From: Callorhinchus milii
Lineage: Eukaryota
Assembly (NCBI RefSeq): GCF_018977255.1
Contig: NW_024704757.1
Location: 7,564,001 to 7,628,000 of the forward strand
DNA length: 64,000 nucleotides
Reading direction: 5' to 3'
The position numbers were made by a program, and so were the translations under genes. How positions within the stretch are numbered: position 1 is the stretch's first letter; every line of letters begins with the position of its first letter. Shown here piece by piece: positions 14,068 through 25,870 of the stretch. A model generated the notes under the pieces. That model was not told where the DNA came from. It did no database searches and was given only the letters and a program-made list of their open reading frames with translations.

Positions 14068-15880
14068 ACAACGACAATACATTTGTATAGTGCATTTCAC
14101 ATCAGGCGGACAACCCAAGGCGTTAGACAATCAGTGTTTCGGACTCGAACTGGTGGTTGGGATCGGGGAGGGTGGGGACAGGGGCGGGGATGGGGGGTGA
14201 CCGAAGGCACGGTTGAAGAGGAGGGTCTTGAGACAAGTCTTGAAGGAGGCAAGGGAGGGATGAGGCGGAGGGACTGCGGAACAGAGCTCCAGAGGGTGGG
14301 GGCAGAGTGGTAGAAGGCCCACCCACCAATGGTGGAGTGGTGGAGCGAGCTAGGCGGGCGACGTCAAGCAGGCTGGAGCCCGCTGAGCAGAGGGAGCGGA
14401 CAGGTTGGTAGGTGATTAGAAGGTAGCAGATGTGGGGGAGCAAGGCCATGGAGGGCTTCGAAGGTGAGGACCAGGTTCTTGAACTGTATCCTCTGTGTGG
14501 TGGGAAGCCAGTGGAGTCTGGCGAGGATGGGGGTTATAGGGTTGGGGAGCCTCGTGCGGGAGAGGACACGGGCTGCAGAGTTCTGGATGATCTGCAGCCT
14601 ATGGAGGGAGGAGTTAGGGAGACTGATAAGCATGGAGTTTGTGTAGTCGAGCCTGGATGTTATGAATGTGTGTATAAGGGGTTCAGCGGCTTGCGGTGTG
14701 AGACAATGGCGGAGCCGGGCGATGTTGAGGAGGTGGGGGAAGGCAGAGTGGGACATGGCGTGGATGTGGGATAGAAAGGATAGTTGAGAGTCAAACAAGA
14801 TGCCAAGGTTCCGGACTGGCTTAGTGAGGTGGAGTGTGCATCCTTGGACGGCGGTGCTGTCAGTGCCCAAGGTGTGGAGGCACTGACAGGAGACAATCAG
14901 AAGGGCCTGCTCTCATCCGACAGACATTGTCAGGACAGCAGTGGTCCTAGAATCAAGGGTGAGGGCAGCGAGATAGAGTTGGGTGTCATCCGCATACATA
15001 TGGAAATTGACCTCATGTCTGTGGATAATATCACCAAGAAGGAGCACATATATATTGAAAAGGAGGGGACCAAGGACAGAACCCTGAAGAGACAGTGCAG
15101 GGACTGGATGAGAAGCCATTTGTGGAGATGAAGTGGAGACGGTGTGAGAGGTAGGATCTGAACCATTCAAGAACAGAATCATGAAGGTTGAGGTGAGAGG
15201 CAGTGGAGGAGGATACGGTATCGAAGGCAGCAAAGAGATCAAGGAGGACGAGGAGGCAGAGGGAGCCCTGGTCGCAGATGGACAAAATGCCATTTGTCAC
15301 TTTGACCAAAGCTGTTTCTGTGCTGTCGAAACCAATTGGAGGGGTTCGTGAAGGGAGCGGTGGGAGAGGAAGGAGTGAAGCTGGGAAGCAATGACTCGTT
15401 CCAGGTCCTTGGAAAGGAAAAGGAGGTTGGAGATGGGGCGATAGTTTAAGAGCAGGATGAGTCCAGGGAAAGATTTTTTTTAAGGATAGGAGTGATGACG
15501 GCTGCTTTTAGAGGGGTGGGAGCAGTGCCAGAAGACAGGGAAAGGTTTATGATGTCTATGAGTAGGGGGGCACGGAGGTAGAGTTGGGAGGTAAGGAGAC
15601 GGGTAGGGATGGGGTCGAGGGAGCAGGTGGAGGGTTATGGTGGTGATGAGAGAGGAGGGGGAGACAGGTTCGAATGCGTGGACAGAGGGATAGGTAAGGG
15701 CCGGGGTATGAGTGGGAGATGGGGTCGGAATGGCAAAGGCAGCTGAGAGGATCCCCTAGACTTTGGTTTCGAGGAAGTCCAACATTTCCTCGCAGTTGGC
15801 GTTGGAAGAGAGGATAGGCAGTGCATGAGAGGGTGGGCGGAGGAGCCGGTTGGTGATGGAGAAGAGGAGTTGTACTCTGC
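14068..15880 (-). mobile_element. L2-type LINE, 5'-truncated
   Basis: [33 protein letters not shown] motifs; frameshifted. Confidence 0.92.
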
Positions 15881-15968
15881 CTCCAAGATTTAAGTAAGAC
15901 TAAAGTAATGTGCAAAGTAATGTGTCATTTGATTGATCAGGAAAGATTTGATGATTTGCATCACTTAC

Positions 15969-16028
15969 CTCAGTGAGCCCTTTGATCTTCAGGTATCCAC
16001 AGAGGAAGGAGTTCTCCATGTCAACATG
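15969..16028 (-). CDS. GID4: GID4 coding exon 2 (HVDMENSFLCGYLKIKGLTE)
   Basis: 60 bp, CAG acceptor and GTAAGT donor; matches GID4. Confidence 0.95.
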
Positions 16029-16304
16029 CTGTAGAAATAATTGTGTTAATCAGGATTTGCGATATTCAAGCATACACACCAGAAATATTAAGGATATTGT
16101 TTAAAAGAAAAGCAACTTAATATTCTACTACAATAAATAATTACATAAAATCATAGAAATATCACAGCTTTGCGGCTAAACATTGGTAAAGTAACTGATA
16201 TGTTGGGGCCTCACAGTTCAATTGAAATTGGGAAGTAAAGTGAAATAATATCACCCAAGGCCAAGATTCCAAACTCCCAGATCTCCTCGGCCTACAACAA
16301 CAAT

Positions 16305-16660
16305 AATAGTAATAATACTTGCATTTTATAAAGCGCCTTATCACTTCTTCGGGACATCTCAAAGCGCTTCACAGAATATACTGTAAAGTGAATTAAATTG
16401 TGGACGAAACGCGTCAGCCAATTGAGCGCAGCAGTGTCCCATAAACAGTTGTGGATTGAGTGTCCAAATTATTATTTAAAAAAAAATTTGGCTGGATTAT
16501 TAACCCCGGAAAAGCGATCCGCCAATTGACTAACAACAGGGTTCCTACTTATTGCTAGGTAAACCGAGGTGTGCGTCTGGAGTAAGAAAACTTACGGTTT
16601 TGCCCTGCTCAGGAACTCAACCCAGGTCCTCTTGCTTGTGAGGCGACTGCTCTAACCAAT
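16305..16660 (-). mobile_element. tRNA-derived SINE
   Basis: Same body and tail as the other copies. Confidence 0.8.
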
Positions 16661-19600
16661 ACATTATAGAATTCTACAATGCCAGTACAATGTTCTCAAC
16701 AGGTTCAGTCGGCCAATAGACTACATTAGCGGTTTTGCTAAAAAACTAAAGACTAAAAATACACCTCAATGTTTGCCTTGTTATTGCACCAATGTCTGCA
16801 AGACCCATTAGCTACACATGCCCAACCACCAGATCACATGAGAGGGCCAATGACAAGACAATTAACTGAATCCATTTCATTGGTTGTTTTTAATTGTAAA
16901 TGAGAACAGCCTTTAATTAAATATAAATTTAAAAGAAAGCTGGAACATTGATTAGAGCAGCGCTGCATTGAGCAGAATTCTCAGTCATTTGACATGTTTT
17001 TTTGCTGGTACATTCCCCTCCCTCTGGGCCCCACTAACACACAGAGCACAGAAAGAGGGAGTTGCAGAAAATTCAAATAGAGAAAACTTTAGGCTGACAC
17101 TGACCCAATATGGATGTTCATTTACTACAGTCAGATGGTGCCTGGACAAACACTGTTACTGCTATTGTTTTACATTAGGAGAGATACAGATAGATAAGTT
17201 CTGCGCACACCACACCTATGCCAAGGCCTGTACTTGTTTTTAAACCAAACATACGTATTTGGTTTGAATGGTTATAAGTAGGTTTGATTGATTTTAATTC
17301 AACCCCAGACTATTTGTAAATTATGAGATCTGAGTTCTCGTTTCAGGGCAGAGTTAGTAACTGCCACAAGCCATGTGACTGAATCAGATGTAAAATCATC
17401 CACGTTACTCCAGAAAACAGTATAACTGCTCTGAATCCCTCCCCACTCCACTCATGTGACACTGATGGCATGACTCCCCAGCAGCTGCAACCTCCTGTAG
17501 CAGGATGGCCTTTGTAATATGAAGTATTCCCAGTAATTAAAGGAGAAAAATATGAGCAAACAAAGTTCAAAAAACTACCAAGGGGTTAACTTCTCCATTG
17601 GAGTAACCTGAAGATGCACCAAAAAAACAGAATCTCACGAAACCTTCTCTTCCCTAGCCATCCTTGGATATTTTCAAGACGTGCTGGACAAGTAGAGCGA
17701 AAATTCCAGGCTCCCTTTTTACTTTAAAAAGTCATGGTCAGATACATAATCAGGTAGAAATAAAAACTGGGCATCAAGGTCAGCACTGTCAAAGGGAGAA
17801 TGCATGGAAAGAGATGAATACAGAGACAGGGTTGTTAAGAGTGACAGGGAAATATGGACATCATGCAGGTTTACTGTTCACACATAGATTATGTCAAGGT
17901 GAGCTCACTACACACACTAGCAGATGGGTCAGAGATATGAGAGAGTTAGACAATTATCAAGGTAAGTTTGCTGCATCTCAAGGTAAGCTTCCTGGTTTGT
18001 CTTCAGCAAACTCTTGGGAGTATAGTATTGTTAGCTTCAAAACTGGATAGATATCACCACATAGGGTTGACTTAATTCCGACATTCTGTTGCAAAGCAGA
18101 TCATCTTGGCAACAGCTCAGCCCCAAGGAAATCACGCTTGCCGCTCCCCGAAAAAGGATCGTCACTACTTAGTCATTTGATGTGCAAGCAGTGAGAGATC
18201 CAAGGCAGCTCCGAGAGAAAAGGGGGAAATGCTGACTAAAGGCAGGATCAATTATTTTCTCCTGTTCCTCCCAAAATTCAAATTCATTCTTCCTCCTGAC
18301 AGAATCCTCACTGCATCATCTCTCAATGCAGCTCATTCCTTCTCAAGGCCTGTGCATCTCCTCATTCTTCCCATTGTCCTAGTATGTACAGGCTTTCAAA
18401 CCCAAGCTTAACAACATTTAAGACTCTGATGTCTCAGTATCTCTCCAAATCTTTCAGCCTGTTGATGTGCTCTACTGTTGATCTTTGGCCTTCATCGAAT
18501 GACTAAATATTAAAAAGTGCACTTACACAAAGAACAGTCAGTAATGATAGGCAGAAGCTGAGCAGAACAAGTGAGCTGGAGAAAGAATACTGCACATTTA
18601 CTGGGTAAGCTCTTATAGGTGAGATGATAGGGCTAAGTAGAACAACAGAAGTGAGTGATAGGATAGTTAGATGGGGGACTAAATGTGTGTTGCACACACA
18701 TTCATACAGGAAGTCAGGTGCACATGACAGGTCCAGGGACAACAAGACAAGTTTACTGACATACTTGCACAGATGAATGAGCCAAAAGTGACATATAAAG
18801 AGGTGAACAAAGGCACATGAGGAGTTAATGTAACTTCAGGAAAATATGCTTCAGATCAACAGGAGTCGCATTGCAACGACAGACAGATGGGGTAACAAAG
18901 CAGGAATAAGATTCAACTTTCCAACAGATACATTGGTAGAATGACAAACGATGGTTAGAGAAGGGAAGTGCAATTTCTCTGTGCAGGCCAAGTGGCAGAG
19001 GCAGGACTGGCAATCAGAGCAAGTAAGTCTCCTATACAGACTCCTACGAATGGGAGTAATGTGATTAATAGAACGAGACATAGATGAATGCTAGATCACT
19101 TCTGCTGTACTCTCCTAACAAGTAGAAGTGTTTCCTAACATTTCGCCGACAAAACACAGTCTTTACAGTATATTCTGTGAAGCACTTTGAGACATCTCAA
19201 AGACTAAGGCTCTAGATCAAATACAAGGATTATTATCAACAAGTACAGCTGGAGTAAGACAGATGCAAAGGGATAGGCTGAAGCTCCCAACAGCCTGGAA
19301 GTGTTAGGAATTATATAGAATCATAGAATATTACAGCACAGAAGGAGGCCATTCAGCCCATTGTGCCTGTGCCAGCTCTTTGAAACAGCTACCAAATAGC
19401 CCCACTCTCCGCTCTTACCCCATAGCCCTGCAAATGTTTCCTTTTTATAGAATCTTTCAGCACAGGAGGAGGCCATTCGGCCCAAATCTGTTGTAAGAAT
19501 GGCAAAATGTTGTCAACATACTAAAGCCACATCTATTTAAGGATGAAGTGCATCAAAATAGGACTGGTTAGCAAGTCTGATGGGGGAGGGGCGGGGGTTT

Positions 19601-20088
19601 ACCAGGTGAAGGGGGGTTGTCACAGTGAATTTGCTGCACAGAACAGACAGATAAGTAGTTATGTCTCAGGGATATTTTGCAAAGTTGTCGAGAGCGAGGA
19701 AATGTTAAAAGGGGCATTTATAATTAACAGGAACGACGCAGCTTACAAGACAAATGGTAAACATATGGAACGGTGTTTGAAATGCGTTACACGTCAAATG
19801 TAGCAGGTCACGGCTAAACCGGGGCAGGTGGTGGATAAATGGCCGCTTCCTTGCAATGTGGGAATGTGAAAAAGAGAGCAATCGGGAGCGGGACAGGTTA
19901 CAAAACAGCGTAGACAAGTGCCGAGGAGTGACAAGCGGCAAAAAGGTGCCTTTTTCACAGATCTTTTGAAACAAATATCAGAAGGAGCCGAGTGTGAGTC
20001 TCGGCCTGAGACCGTGCAGAGCCGGACCCGGTGCCGCTGACTCGGGGTCTGAGGCACCGGGAGCCGGTTTGGGGGCTTCGTTATTTAC

Positions 20089-20244
20089 CTGCAGAACCAC
20101 TTCCACGTCGTAGGAGTTGCCTTTACTTTTCTGGTGGCCCCTGAACTTGGAGCCGCTGTAGAGGAGGGTGGTGGCGACCCCGGGCTGCTGGGTGTTGATG
20201 GGGGGCGGCGGCACGAGCGAGGAGGACTCGGTGCGGACGGGCAT
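20089..20244 (-). CDS. GID4: GID4 coding exon 1 ([52 protein letters not shown]); substrate receptor of the GID/CTLH E3 ligase
   Basis: Kozak-like gcgcgccATG at 20244, in-frame TGA 4 codons upstream, donor GTAAAT at 20088; matches GID4/VID24 family. Confidence 0.96.
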
Positions 20245-20720
20245 GGCGCGCTGTCACCGCCTGACAGGAGCCGGGAGGGAGGGAGGGGGAGGGGGGGGGG
20301 GGAGGGAGGGGAAGAAGGAATAAAGTGGCTAATGAAGAGCTGAAGCACAGAGGAGCCGCTCAGCCGCCGCCACAGCTTCGGCCTCGTTCAGTCCCTGACA
20401 ACGCGAGATGGCTGCAGCCCTCCCTCCCACTACCGGAGCGCCAGATAGCAACGCCGCTCCCCATTGGTTGGCGGCTGCCGCCGGCACCGACCCAGCAATG
20501 ATCGGCCTTTCTGATTGGCGGGAGTGTGGGAGGGTGGGGGCGCCCGCCGGGGGTCACGGTCAGGGCGCCCAAACCGCGAGTACGCATGCGTCGAACCAGC
20601 TCTGCCTGACCCCCCCCCCCCATCCGCTACTGGGAGTCGTTGTCTTTCCGTCTCCTCGCCGCTTCCTAACTGTGCGCATGCGGAGAAGGTGGGTCTGAAG
20701 GAGTCTGGGAGTTGTAGTGT
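20245..20720 (-). promoter_or_regulatory. GID4 CpG-island promoter and 5' UTR
   Basis: CpG-rich. CCAAT boxes (ATTGG at 20463-20467 and 20514-20518); NRF1-like palindromes ACGCATGCGT 20582-20591 and TGCGCATGCG 20673-20682; ZNF143/THAP11-type ACTACAACTCCCAG at 20705-20718 (minus). Confidence 0.8.
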
Positions 20721-21109
20721 ATGTGATGTCACTCTGGCTACATGTGACAAATATTTTGGAAGACACGCAATGTAATGGGTTCATCCAATGAGCCGTCGAA
20801 TGTCGCTCAAGCCCCTTTTGGTTTAAAAAATGTAAATGATTTGATTATTTCAGTCCAACTTGTTAAATTGTAATCCCTATTTCTGCTGCTGGTTTTGTAT
20901 AAAATATATATTAACTATGATAATAGCCCCAAAAAATATACGGTCAATTCGTTTTACAGTACATTCTGTGACGCGCTTCGAGACGTCTCGAAGACGTGAT
21001 GAGGCGCCTTATCAAATATAGGGATTATTATGGTACTGGGTTAGTGCGTGGTACGTCCATCCAATGTGAAAAGTGCTATACAAATGGTTCCGCCATTGTC
21101 TCTCACCCC

Positions 21110-21470
21110 CGGCCGCCAAGACCCTCATCCACACATTAATCACCATCCAGGCTCTACGCAAACTCCCTGCTTGTCGGCCTCCCCAATTCCTCCCTCCATA
21201 GACTGCAGATCATCCAGAACTCTTCACACCAGGCTCTGGCGACCCTGCCACCCCATCCTCGCCCGACTCCACTGGCTTCCCATCACACAGAGGATATGGT
21301 TCAAGATCCTGGTCCTCAGCTTCAGAGCTCTCCATGGCTTCGCTCCTCCCTACCTTTGTGACCTCCTAAATTGCTGCTAACCTGTCCGCTCCCTCCCGGT
21401 CTGTGGGCTCCAGCCTGCATCACATCCCCTGCCATGCCAGCTTCACCATTGGCGGGCGGGCCTTCATTGC
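21110..21470 (+). mobile_element. L2 fragment (duplicate at ~30973-31333)
   Basis: HPILARLHWLPITQRIWFKILVL motif. Confidence 0.85.
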
Positions 21471-21799
21471 CTAATCTCCAATTTCAAGTCATTTCCCATC
21501 CAGTATTTAACCAATTCCCCCAAATAATCAAATGAACAAAGAATTCTGGTTGGCTGAAACAGCCGTTAATACATTTTAATTTTTTTGTGAGTGATAGTTT
21601 AAACAGATTACAGAGGAGATGAAAAAAGAGAAGTGAAATCTAAACTGGAATCAAACAGGCAACGATTTGGCACCAAACATGTTCTGAGGAAAGAGTCTGT
21701 GACATGCCTCAGAGTAAGAGTTCAAAAGCAGAGATAGTATTTGCAATAATAAAGCCCGCACCACATGATTTAATTCCTTCAAAAAATAATAATAAATTG

Positions 21800-22314
21800 G
21801 TCATCCAAAAGGTAGCGTGCAGATGTCGCTCGCAAGGCTCGTACTGTTTCTCCACACCAGTTAAAATTTGTGAAGCATACGCGACTGGCATAATGGTCCC
21901 TTGAACATCCTGGCATAAAACTGCTGCTAGACTTTCTGCTGTTCCGGCAACTTCCAAGTGGAAGGACTGATGAGGGTCTGGGTACACCAGACATGTCGCT
22001 TGCATAACTACCATTTTCAGCTGTTCAAAGAAGGTTGTATGAACTTCTTCCCAGAGTTGGATGAGATCATCAGAATGCTTTTTGAGTAACTCGTATAGAG
22101 GTTTAGCTAGTTTGGCAAACTGAGGATTGAAAGAGCGTTGATATCCAACCAGTCCAAGAAACGATCGTAGCGCTGTTTTGCACACTGGTAGGGGAAGTCA
22201 TTGAATATTATTAACCTTGTAGCAGTCCGGGGAGCGTCCTTCTGATGATAAATGTACTCTGAGGAAATTAACCTCCGAATGCAGAATTTGAGCTTTGTGT
22301 GGGTTCATTTTCAA
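21800..22314 (-). mobile_element. Degenerate LTR-element/retrovirus-like pol fragment (RT thumb plus connection/RNase H-like domain), copy A
   Basis: Translation LKMNPHKAQILHSEVNFL...IQ*LPLPVCKTALRSFLGLVGYQR...YPDPHQSFHLEVA...PVAYASQILTGVEKQYEPCERHL; one in-frame stop; no LTRs seen. Confidence 0.85.
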
Positions 22315-22404
22315 TTTTGATTCATATAAACAAAATTAACAACTTAATGTTTACAATTTTATGCAGCTCTGCCTTAAAGCGTTTCATTACATATATCATA
22401 TTCT

Positions 22405-22900
22405 AACAGTAGTGGCGGAGTCGAGCAATGTTACAGAGGTGAGGGAAGGCAGAGCGGGTCATGGCTTCGATGTGGGGAAGAAAAGACAGTTGAGGGTCGA
22501 ACAAGACACCGAGGTTCCTGACTGGCTTTGGTGAGTTGAAGTGTGTAACCATGGAGGTTGATGCTGCCAGAGCCTGAGGTGCTGAGGCGCTGGCGAGAGC
22601 CAATCAGGAGAGCCTCAGTCTTGTTCACATTCAACTGTTGGAAATTTGCCCTCATCCAGGACTTGATGTCCGACAGACAGTCTGTCAGGACATCAGTGGT
22701 CCCGGAGTTGAGGGTGGAGGCAGAGAGATAGAGTTGGGTGTCAACCACATACATATGGAAGTTGACCTCGTGTCTGCGGATGATATCACCAAGGGGGAGC
22801 ATATAGATATTAAAGAGGAGAGGGCCAAGGACAGAGCCCTGGGGGACGCCAGATGTGACAGTGCGGGGGCTGGAGGAGAAACTGTTAGAAGCAACTTTTC
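22405..22900 (-). mobile_element. L2 RT fragment (duplicate at ~32268-32763)
   Basis: [23 protein letters not shown]...YVVDTQLY. Confidence 0.9.
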
Positions 22901-23178
22901 TACAGTTGAATGTGAACAAGACTTGCAGACATGATAAGGCGCTATATCAAATGCAAGGAATATTATTATTATTATTATTATCCAATAAAGCTTTCAGCAG
23001 TTCTTTTCCATTCTAACATTCTTATTAAGATTTGAGATTATAATGTGTGTGCAAATGTTTTAGAGGTAATAACGTGTGTGAATGTGTGTATGTGTCTATA
23101 TATATATGTACATGTATGTGTTCATATGTGGATCTGAGCATTTGTATACCTAAGTGTGTACCTTTAAGAGGTTTCCTG

Positions 23179-24195
23179 TCACTGTTCTCCATCAGGGAAC
23201 AGATATATGGGCTTTGGGTAACCAAAGAGGGTAAAGTCAGGTTTGTAAAGTTGATATAACTTTTCCCTCCAAGGTTTTGGAATGATCTTGAACCATTGCT
23301 CCACGTAGCTGGTGGTTGTTTGGTTTGGATATTTGGATGGGAATTCAAAATATTTTTCTGCATTTAGGAGTTGGAGCAAGTAAGCGGTGTCTTCATCCAA
23401 TGTCTCTAATTTACCAATAAAATCATACTTGATATGACACGGGTGACAGAGCCGGTACATCTGGCGCCAGTGGTCATCAAAAGCAATCTCCTTCTCAGTT
23501 TGGGTATCCAACAAATACTGGACAAAATGAGAGAAGGTGGGTTTGACGCCCTCTTCTTCTGCTTTCTCAGCAGAAATGGGAGGGTGGGAGATATTTCCAT
23601 ACATCTTGAGCATCCTGAATGAATAAGGGTAGAATACTTTGTTTACACGTGCAATCTTATCTCGGAATGCAGAAATCAGCCTGACAAAGGGATCTCGCAC
23701 AAATAGAAACTTCTTGTAATCCTTCAGCTTGTTGAGAACCGTGTCTCTGTTTACTTTTCTTTGCAGTCTGGTGAAGTAATTATGGACAAAATCTTGGTTG
23801 ATACTTTCTGGTTCGTGAAATCCTAAATTGTTATTCAGCACAAAGAGGACTCGCTTCCACTGCGTACAGGCCACTTTGGGAACAAAACAGTAGATCACCT
23901 TGAGTTTGTCGATTACAATTAAATTCCTAAACTCTTTGTTTGGAATTTTGGTAAAGTTGCGACTTTTCCCTGGGAAGCTATATTCAGAATCTGTGCACAG
24001 ATCCTCTAGTCTTTTCCTCCTTTCTTCCTGCACCTGTCTTGGAGCGGCTTTGGACCTGGCAACTCTGAGGTAGAAGGCATGAATATCTGAGATCGCACTC
24101 TTGGGCATATCTCCCATCCTTCCTGGAAACAAGTATAGAATAGCCAGCATAACAATGACCAGGAAGCCGAAATGACAGAATCTTACTTGTCGCAT
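23179..24195 (-). CDS. CHST12: Carbohydrate sulfotransferase 12-like (chondroitin 4-O-sulfotransferase 2 family), copy A, 338 aa, single coding exon
   Basis: N-terminal type II TM segment; 5'-PSB motif PKVACTQWKR; 3'-PB motif RDPFVRLISAF; HWRQMYRLCHPC..YDFIGKLETLDED and DFTLFGYPKP as in CHST12. Splice acceptor tttttggtttaaAG at 24258-24257. Orthologue vs paralogue is uncertain. Confidence 0.88.
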   Translation of the reverse strand: MRQVRFCHFGFLVIVMLAILYLFPGRMGDMPKSAISDIHAFYLRVARSKAAPRQVQEERRKRLEDLCTDSEYSFPGKSRNFTKIPNKEFRNLIVIDKLKVIYCFVPKVACTQWKRVLFVLNNNLGFHEPESINQDFVHNYFTRLQRKVNRDTVLNKLKDYKKFLFVRDPFVRLISAFRDKIARVNKVFYPYSFRMLKMYGNISHPPISAEKAEEEGVKPTFSHFVQYLLDTQTEKEIAFDDHWRQMYRLCHPCHIKYDFIGKLETLDEDTAYLLQLLNAEKYFEFPSKYPNQTTTSYVEQWFKIIPKPWREKLYQLYKPDFTLFGYPKPIYLFPDGEQ

Positions 24196-24887
24196 TTTTC
24201 CACTTAATCAGATGATACGTCCAATGACAAAATCTTCAAATGGACAGTTCTTCCACCTTTAAACCAAAAACATAATGACACATGAGCTGATAGGAGCTGA
24301 TAAATATCCCAAATAACACCGTAGATTTCATCAATCCAATTGCCTCCATAATCCCAATTCACACCCCTCTGCCCCCACTCCCTACAACCCCTTCCCGGAG
24401 TCCCTTTGCCTTGCCCCTTTCCTCCTTCAAGGTCCATCTCGAGGCCTTCCTCTTTCACCATGTCTTCGGTCATCTTTCCACTCCTGCCCCATTGCCCACC
24501 ACCCTTCTTAATCCAAGCCCCAGCTGAGGTGCAAAACATCAACTGTCCAGCGTCGTGGGATGCCCTTCTGACTTGAAAGGTGCTATATAAGGGCAATTAT
24601 TTGTTAATGTATCATTTCTCTCTATGTCTCTTGAACTCTCATCCATTGACACCCATATTTGTGAATATGATGGACAGAAATAGTTGCTGACTGTGGATTG
24701 ACTGACTCAACAAATGACATATCTGACACATGAAGTAAAACTCGAATCATCAGGAACAGTGGACAAACAGCTCCTACTGTATGGGGAGCATTGGTATGAG
24801 TCTCCTCTATCACTTTACTGTAACTTCCTCTATCACTTTGCTGTTTACTTATGCCCACAAAATACACAGTCAATCCACTTTGCAGTA

Positions 24888-25193
24888 TATAATAATCCTT
24901 GCATTTGATATAGCGCTTTTCAGATCTTCTAGAAGTCTCAAAGCGCTTCATAGAATAGACTGTAAAGTGAACTGACTGTATATTTGTGGGCGAAATGCGG
25001 CAGCCAATTGCGCACAGCAATGTCTCACAAACAGTCGTGGATTGAAATGACCAATTTATTATTGGTTATTTTTGAGGGATTATTATCAGGCATGTGGAGT
25101 AAGGAAACTTGCCCAAGGTATCGCCCTGCCGGGAATCAAATACAGGTCTCTCGCTTGCAAATGAGTGCACTAACCACTGAGCTACAGGACTCC
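24888..25193 (-). mobile_element. tRNA-derived SINE (duplicate at ~34734-35040)
   Basis: GGAGTCCTGTAGCTCAGTGGTTAG head and L2-like tail. Confidence 0.88.
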
Positions 25194-25374
25194 AGAACTA
25201 AAAACAAGCTCACAGGTATATTCTGTGAAGTGCTTTGAGGCATCTGTAGGATGTGATAAGGTATCAATGGATGAGAGTTCAAGTGAGATAGAGAAAAATA
25301 TATAAATTAACAGCAACAAATTGCACTTATAAAGCACCTTATCAAGGAAATTATTATTATTGTTATTACAGAGC

Positions 25375-25870
25375 AGGTCACTTGACAACATGACAGAATA
25401 GAAAGTTTTAAATCCAAATTTGCAGAAGGCAAAGTTAGGAGGCACAGTAAATTGTTAGAGATGGGAGCAGGAAGTTACAAGGGATTTAGACAGATTAAGT
25501 GAGTGCGCAAAACTGTGGCAGATGGAATTTATTTTGGAAGGTGTGAGTCATCCACTATGGATCCAAAAATGACAAAATAGAATATTTTCTAAATGGGGAG
25601 AAATTAAAAACTGTGGAAAAGCAAAGGGATTTGGGTGTCCACGTATACAAATCACTAAAAACAAGCTCAACAGGTACACAAAGTTATCAAAAGTTTATGA
25701 AATGTTGGCCTTTATCTCAAGGGGGGTGGATTATGAAGGAGAGGAACTGATGCTTCAACTATATAGAGCTTTGGTCAGACCTCATCTGGAGCCTGTGATC
25801 AGTTTTGGACACCGCACCTCAGATTCACCAGAATGATTACATGGTTAAATTGGGAGGACGGGTTGCGCAA
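25375..25870 (+). mobile_element. Degenerate CR1 fragment (duplicate at ~35225-35740)
   Basis: LQLYRALVRPHLE motif and RT-like upstream sequence. Confidence 0.8.

Noticed and set aside
23179-24195. CHST12-like ORF as a processed retrocopy
   Set aside because: CHST12 normally has a single coding exon, a splice acceptor precedes the ATG, and no poly(A) tract or TSD is seen.
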